In this document: one piece after another, positions 1 to 3,600 of the stretch
Position numbering within the stretch: the first letter of the stretch is position 1
How the letters are laid out: each line of letters starts with the position of its first letter
Source: an archaeon
Lineage (GTDB): Archaea; Iainarchaeota; Iainarchaeia; Iainarchaeales; CSSED10-239
NCBI GenBank assembly: GCA_035387745.1
Contig: DAOOON010000009.1
Coordinates: forward strand, 28,177 to 33,819
DNA: 5,643 nucleotides
Direction of reading: 5' to 3'
Position numbers and translations under genes: made by a program
Notes under the pieces: generated by a model
What the model saw: the letters and a program-made list of their open reading frames with translations, nothing else
Told to the model about the DNA's origin: nothing
The model's database searches: none

Positions 1-2
1 GT

Positions 3-599
3 TCAAGTAATTTTACAGCTGAAGAAACAAGTTCAGTAAAGATAATGGTTGATGGTATCTCAAGTGAAACTATGTGTTTCAATTTCAATAATGGCTTTAT
101 GTTGTGGTACAATCCTCAAAAAACAACATTTAGTGTTGATGCCAATATGGCAACTACTGAAAACGCAACAGCGGGTACAGGGCAAGGTTCTATAAGTCCT
201 GCAACACCAACGCCAGCCACCGGCCCAGCACAACTAGCAATAACAGGCGGAAACTTTAATGTTAACACACCTATAGGGTCTGAACCTGCAAAAGTAACCG
301 GCGGTAATTTAACTTTAGATTTAGAAAATAAAAAATTAAGTGGAACTGTTAAATTTGAATCTGGAAATAAAACCGCAGAGGTTTCAATATCTAGTGGTAA
401 AGCAATAATAAGTGGCAACACAGTGCAATTAAATATCTCTGGTAAAGCGCTGGGATTTGATGTAACTGCATCTGGTAATTTAAATATTTCAGGTAATCAA
501 GGTATTGATGGAACCTATACAATTGTTTCTGGACAAAAGGCGTCATTAACAGGGCCAGTTTTAACATTAAGTAATTTAAATTTTACAAAAACAGCATAG
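3..599 (+). CDS. 3' portion of a secreted/surface beta-rich repeat protein (5'-truncated by the window edge; function unknown)
   Basis: Frame 3 is open from nt 3 (TCA AGT AAT TTT ACA ...) with no stop before the track's ATG at 45. ATG-45 has no GGAG/GGTG-type RBS in front of it, so the gene probably begins upstream of the window. It ends at TAG 597-599, with in-frame TAA at 603-605. The translation has a Pro/Thr/Ala/Gly linker (ATAGTGQGSISPATPTPATGPAQ). About 120 aa follow in which an (S/G)G(N/K/Q/T) turn motif recurs every 6-18 residues (ITGGNFNV, VTGGNLTL, ESGNKT, ISGNTVQL, ASGNLNISGNQG), which suggests a beta-solenoid or adhesin-like fold. I recognise no family. Confidence 0.7.
   Translation, partial: SSNFTAEETSSVKIMVDGISSETMCFNFNNGFMLWYNPQKTTFSVDANMATTENATAGTGQGSISPATPTPATGPAQLAITGGNFNVNTPIGSEPAKVTGGNLTLDLENKKLSGTVKFESGNKTAEVSISSGKAIISGNTVQLNISGKALGFDVTASGNLNISGNQGIDGTYTIVSGQKASLTGPVLTLSNLNFTKTA
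165..230 (+). other. Pro/Thr/Ala/Gly-rich interdomain linker inside the upstream CDS
   Basis: Codons 41-62 of the track ORF translate to ATAGTGQGSISPATPTPATGPA. The stretch is locally much more G+C-rich than its surroundings (gcgggtacagggcaaggt ... ccaacgccagccaccggcccagca). This is typical of a flexible linker between extracellular domains. Confidence 0.5.
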
Positions 600-615
600 A
601 TATAATATAATATAT
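582..615 (+). promoter_or_regulatory. Promoter-like element upstream of the giant ORF (bacterial -35/-10 reading or archaeal TATA-box reading)
   Basis: TTTACA lies at 582-587, and two overlapping TATAAT hexamers lie at 601-606 and 606-611 (18-nt spacing from TTTACA to the second). The same TATAATATAATATAT run can be read as an archaeal TATA box about 25-30 nt upstream of a start near the RBS. This rests on motif resemblance in AT-rich DNA only. No hairpin terminator is visible after the upstream gene, so co-transcription is equally possible. Confidence 0.3.
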
Positions 616-636
616 GAAATAATATTCAAAAAATTT

Positions 637-642
637 AAGGTG
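637..642 (+). promoter_or_regulatory. Shine-Dalgarno-type ribosome-binding site (AAGGTG)
   Basis: AAGGTG is complementary to the conserved CACCUCCU 3' end of 16S rRNA. An 8-nt A-rich spacer (TAAAAAAC) separates it from ATG 651. Confidence 0.6.
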
Positions 643-650
643 TAAAAAAC

Positions 651-3600
651 ATGGGATTAAAGAAATTCTATTATTCTATAGAAAATAAATGGTATGATTT
701 TGTTGAAAAAACAGGGTTGTATAAAGTAACAGATAAGATTGACAAATTTATGCCTTCTCTTATTTTCTTTATACTTCTAATAATAATGATAATTGCAGGA
801 ATCTTTTTATTACTGCCAATGATTAAAGGATCAGGAGATATAGAATTAACTTTTAAAGTAATGGATGAATTTGATGAGCCAGTCCCATTAGCGCCAGTTT
901 TAGTTACTACTTCCGATGACGCTTATAATCTTAAAACTAATGAAAACGGCTTAACTTCAAAAATTAGATTGCCATTCAATACTAAATATTCTGTAGATAT
1001 TGATTATTTTGGAAGTGATTATGAATCATATAGCGAAGAATTTGTCGCAGAATATGACGACGAAATAGATATTTATTTGTATAGTATTTCTGAAGAAACA
1101 ACTTCTACTTATTCTTTTACACTAGTCGATAGTCAAACAAGAATGCAAATAAATAAAACAGGAACAATTGAATTTATGTGTAGTAATTTTGGAGTCTTAC
1201 CACCAAATTCATTAACATTTAGTTCTGGTAATATAACAATTATTGCAGATAGTGATTGTCAATTGAAAGCAAAATCTATAATGATTGAAGGTTATGTTAC
1301 AAGAAACGACATATCCATAACCCAAAATATAGGCACAATTGATTTTGTTTCTAGTGATCCAATTGATTTTGAAGCAGTTTATCCTGTTTATGTAACAGTT
1401 CTTGGAGAAGACGGAAGTCCTCTTACTGGAATGAGAGCAGAATTATATACAAATGGTATTGCAGCGTATGGAAAAAACTGTACAACGACAGCTGGATCTT
1501 GTACAATATTAAGTGTAGATGCTGGCAGCTATGTTTTGAAAATAACAGACACAAGAGCAGTTCCAGAATATGGATTAGTTGAGGAATCAATAATTGTTTC
1601 AGGTATTACTCCAAAAACAATAAATATGACAAGAACAATTGCAGGATATATTCAAGTAAAAGTTAAGAGAACAAATAATCAAGCAATAGAAAACGCAGAA
1701 GTAAAATTAAAATATGGAGACAATATTATTTCTAGTGGGCACACTACAAATTCAAATGGTATTGTTAATGTACCAGTTTATGATTTAAGTAGAACATATA
1801 GAGTTGTGGCTTCAAAGGAAGGATATTTGGTTGGTTCAGCAAGTAACATTACTGCTTCTGAAAGCATTCCAACAAACCCAACAGTTACAATTACTTTACA
1901 ACAAATAACTCCACAAACAACAGCGACCGTAAAAGTAACTGTATTAGATAGTGTAACAGTAAAAGGTTTTAGTCACGCGCAAGTTGTTCTTTATGATTCA
2001 ACTACCGGATTTTTAACAGATTATGATTCGCAAATTACAAATTCTGATGGCAACTGTACATTTAGAGTCGCACCAGGCACATATTATGCTAAAGCATTTA
2101 AGGGTTCTTCTGAAGGCGTAAGTGAAGAATTTGAAGTAATTATCAGTAGCTCAACCGAAGAAGTAAATGTAATTATTCCAATAGAAGTAGTTAAAACATC
2201 AATAAATATTACTGTTGTGGATCATTATGGCGAGCCAGTACCAAGAGCAAACATTTTATTATTTGATAAATATAATTCTAGAAGAGCAATTTGGGGTGGG
2301 GATTTAGCAAATATAGACGGTACATTTTTAATATCTGATTTAGTTTCAGATTCAGAAGTTTATGCCGTAATTTCAGATATTGCAGATAATCTTGGTGCTA
2401 CTCAATCAGAGTACATATATCTAAAGGCAGACACAATAAATGAGTTAAAAGTAACGCTATATCCAAAACAAACAAGTCTTCAAAAACCAGAAATTAAATT
2501 TTTAGGTTTTTTTAATGATGTTGGAGAAAAACTAAATGGTTATTTAAAATCAGGCGCAGACTACAAAGCAAGATTTTTATTATTAATACCACAAGATAGA
2601 GACGGCAGAGACGAGTTTGAAGAAGTTGGGGCGGTTGTAAGAACTGGCTCTCCAAGCTCAGTTGCAAGCCCATATATGGAAAACGATAGTATCTATATAA
2701 GATCAATAAATCTACCAAACGCAGAAGTCACAAGATATACTCAGTATAGCTCTGAAAGTGGTTATGACGGTATTGATGATGTTGACACTTTAACTGAAGG
2801 AGACGCGAAATGGGCAAAGATTTTATTTAATGAAATTTATGGTTCCAATTATGCAAATGCTTATACCATTATGGCAGACGTAAAAGTAAAAGACACAGCA
2901 GTCTATGGCGAAGAAGTTGCAATCAATTATCTAGGTTATGGTTATACAGAAAATAACAGATATGAAACAGATCCAATAGATGACACACCAAATAGTAATG
3001 ATTTAGAATATATGACACAGAAAACAGAAAACTTTAATATTGGCGAAGAACAAGCATGTTCTGATGATTTCTGTTTTAATTTAAATATTATTAATCTTGA
3101 TGAGGACTTAAGAGAAGATGTTGTTGACAATTATACTGCTTCTCCAAATCAACATTATAAATTAAGATTTGGTTTAATCAATAATGACGCAGACACGGTC
3201 TATAATGTAAATTCAAGAATGCAAATTAAAAACGAAGACAAAGGCCTAAAGTTTAGTAGCATTAAGATAACTCAACCAAATGGTCAATTATTAACAACAA
3301 CTGCAAATGAGAATACTAGCGAATATGATATTTCAATAACTCAATTTAATCCACACACAAAGATATTAGGAGAGATTGATTTTATACCAGTTCTAAAAGG
3401 CGACAGAATATTTGATTTAACTTTTGTTTCTGATCAAAGAGTAATTTTTACAAAGCAAGTAGCAATACATGTGCTTTCTGATAAAACCTTTATAGTTAAG
3501 ATTACGCCGAATGTAATACCTTCAGGAAAGAACTTCAATCTTCAAGTTGAGGTTAAAGATGCAATCACAAATATCGAAGTTGATAAGCAAGTTAATGTTA

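Noticed and set aside
45-47. ATG 45 as the true start of the upstream gene (as implied by the ORF track)
   Set aside because: The frame is open for the 14 codons before it, back to the window edge. There is no Shine-Dalgarno-like sequence upstream of it. The residues that follow (MVDGISSETMCFNFNNG) are not signal-peptide-like, although the rest of the protein looks extracellular. An internal Met is more likely.
116-421. Minus-strand 101-aa ORF from the track, lying inside the upstream gene
   Set aside because: It is fully antisense to a + strand frame that is open from the window edge and has a sensible domain, linker and repeat organisation. No RBS is evident and the translation has no recognisable features. 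It is a shadow ORF.
616-627. Possible hairpin or terminator (gaaataatattc) between the two genes
   Set aside because: It is only an imperfect AT-only palindrome with no G+C stem and no trailing T-tract in the right position. That is not enough to call an intrinsic terminator.
597-653. Possibility that the upstream ORF and the giant ORF, which share a frame, are one gene joined by stop-codon readthrough or an alternative genetic code
   Set aside because: The spacer contains in-frame TAG, TAA, TGA and TAA, and no known code reassigns all three. The giant ORF also has its own RBS, ATG and N-terminal signal anchor. It contains no in-frame TGA, TAG or TAA at all, so standard code 11 explains everything.
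2507-2513. T7 homopolymer inside the giant ORF as a slipped-strand phase-variation switch
   Set aside because: Runs of 6-7 A or T are expected by chance in DNA this AT-rich. It encodes an ordinary GFF tripeptide in the middle of the gene, and nothing in the sequence suggests an alternative frame becoming productive.
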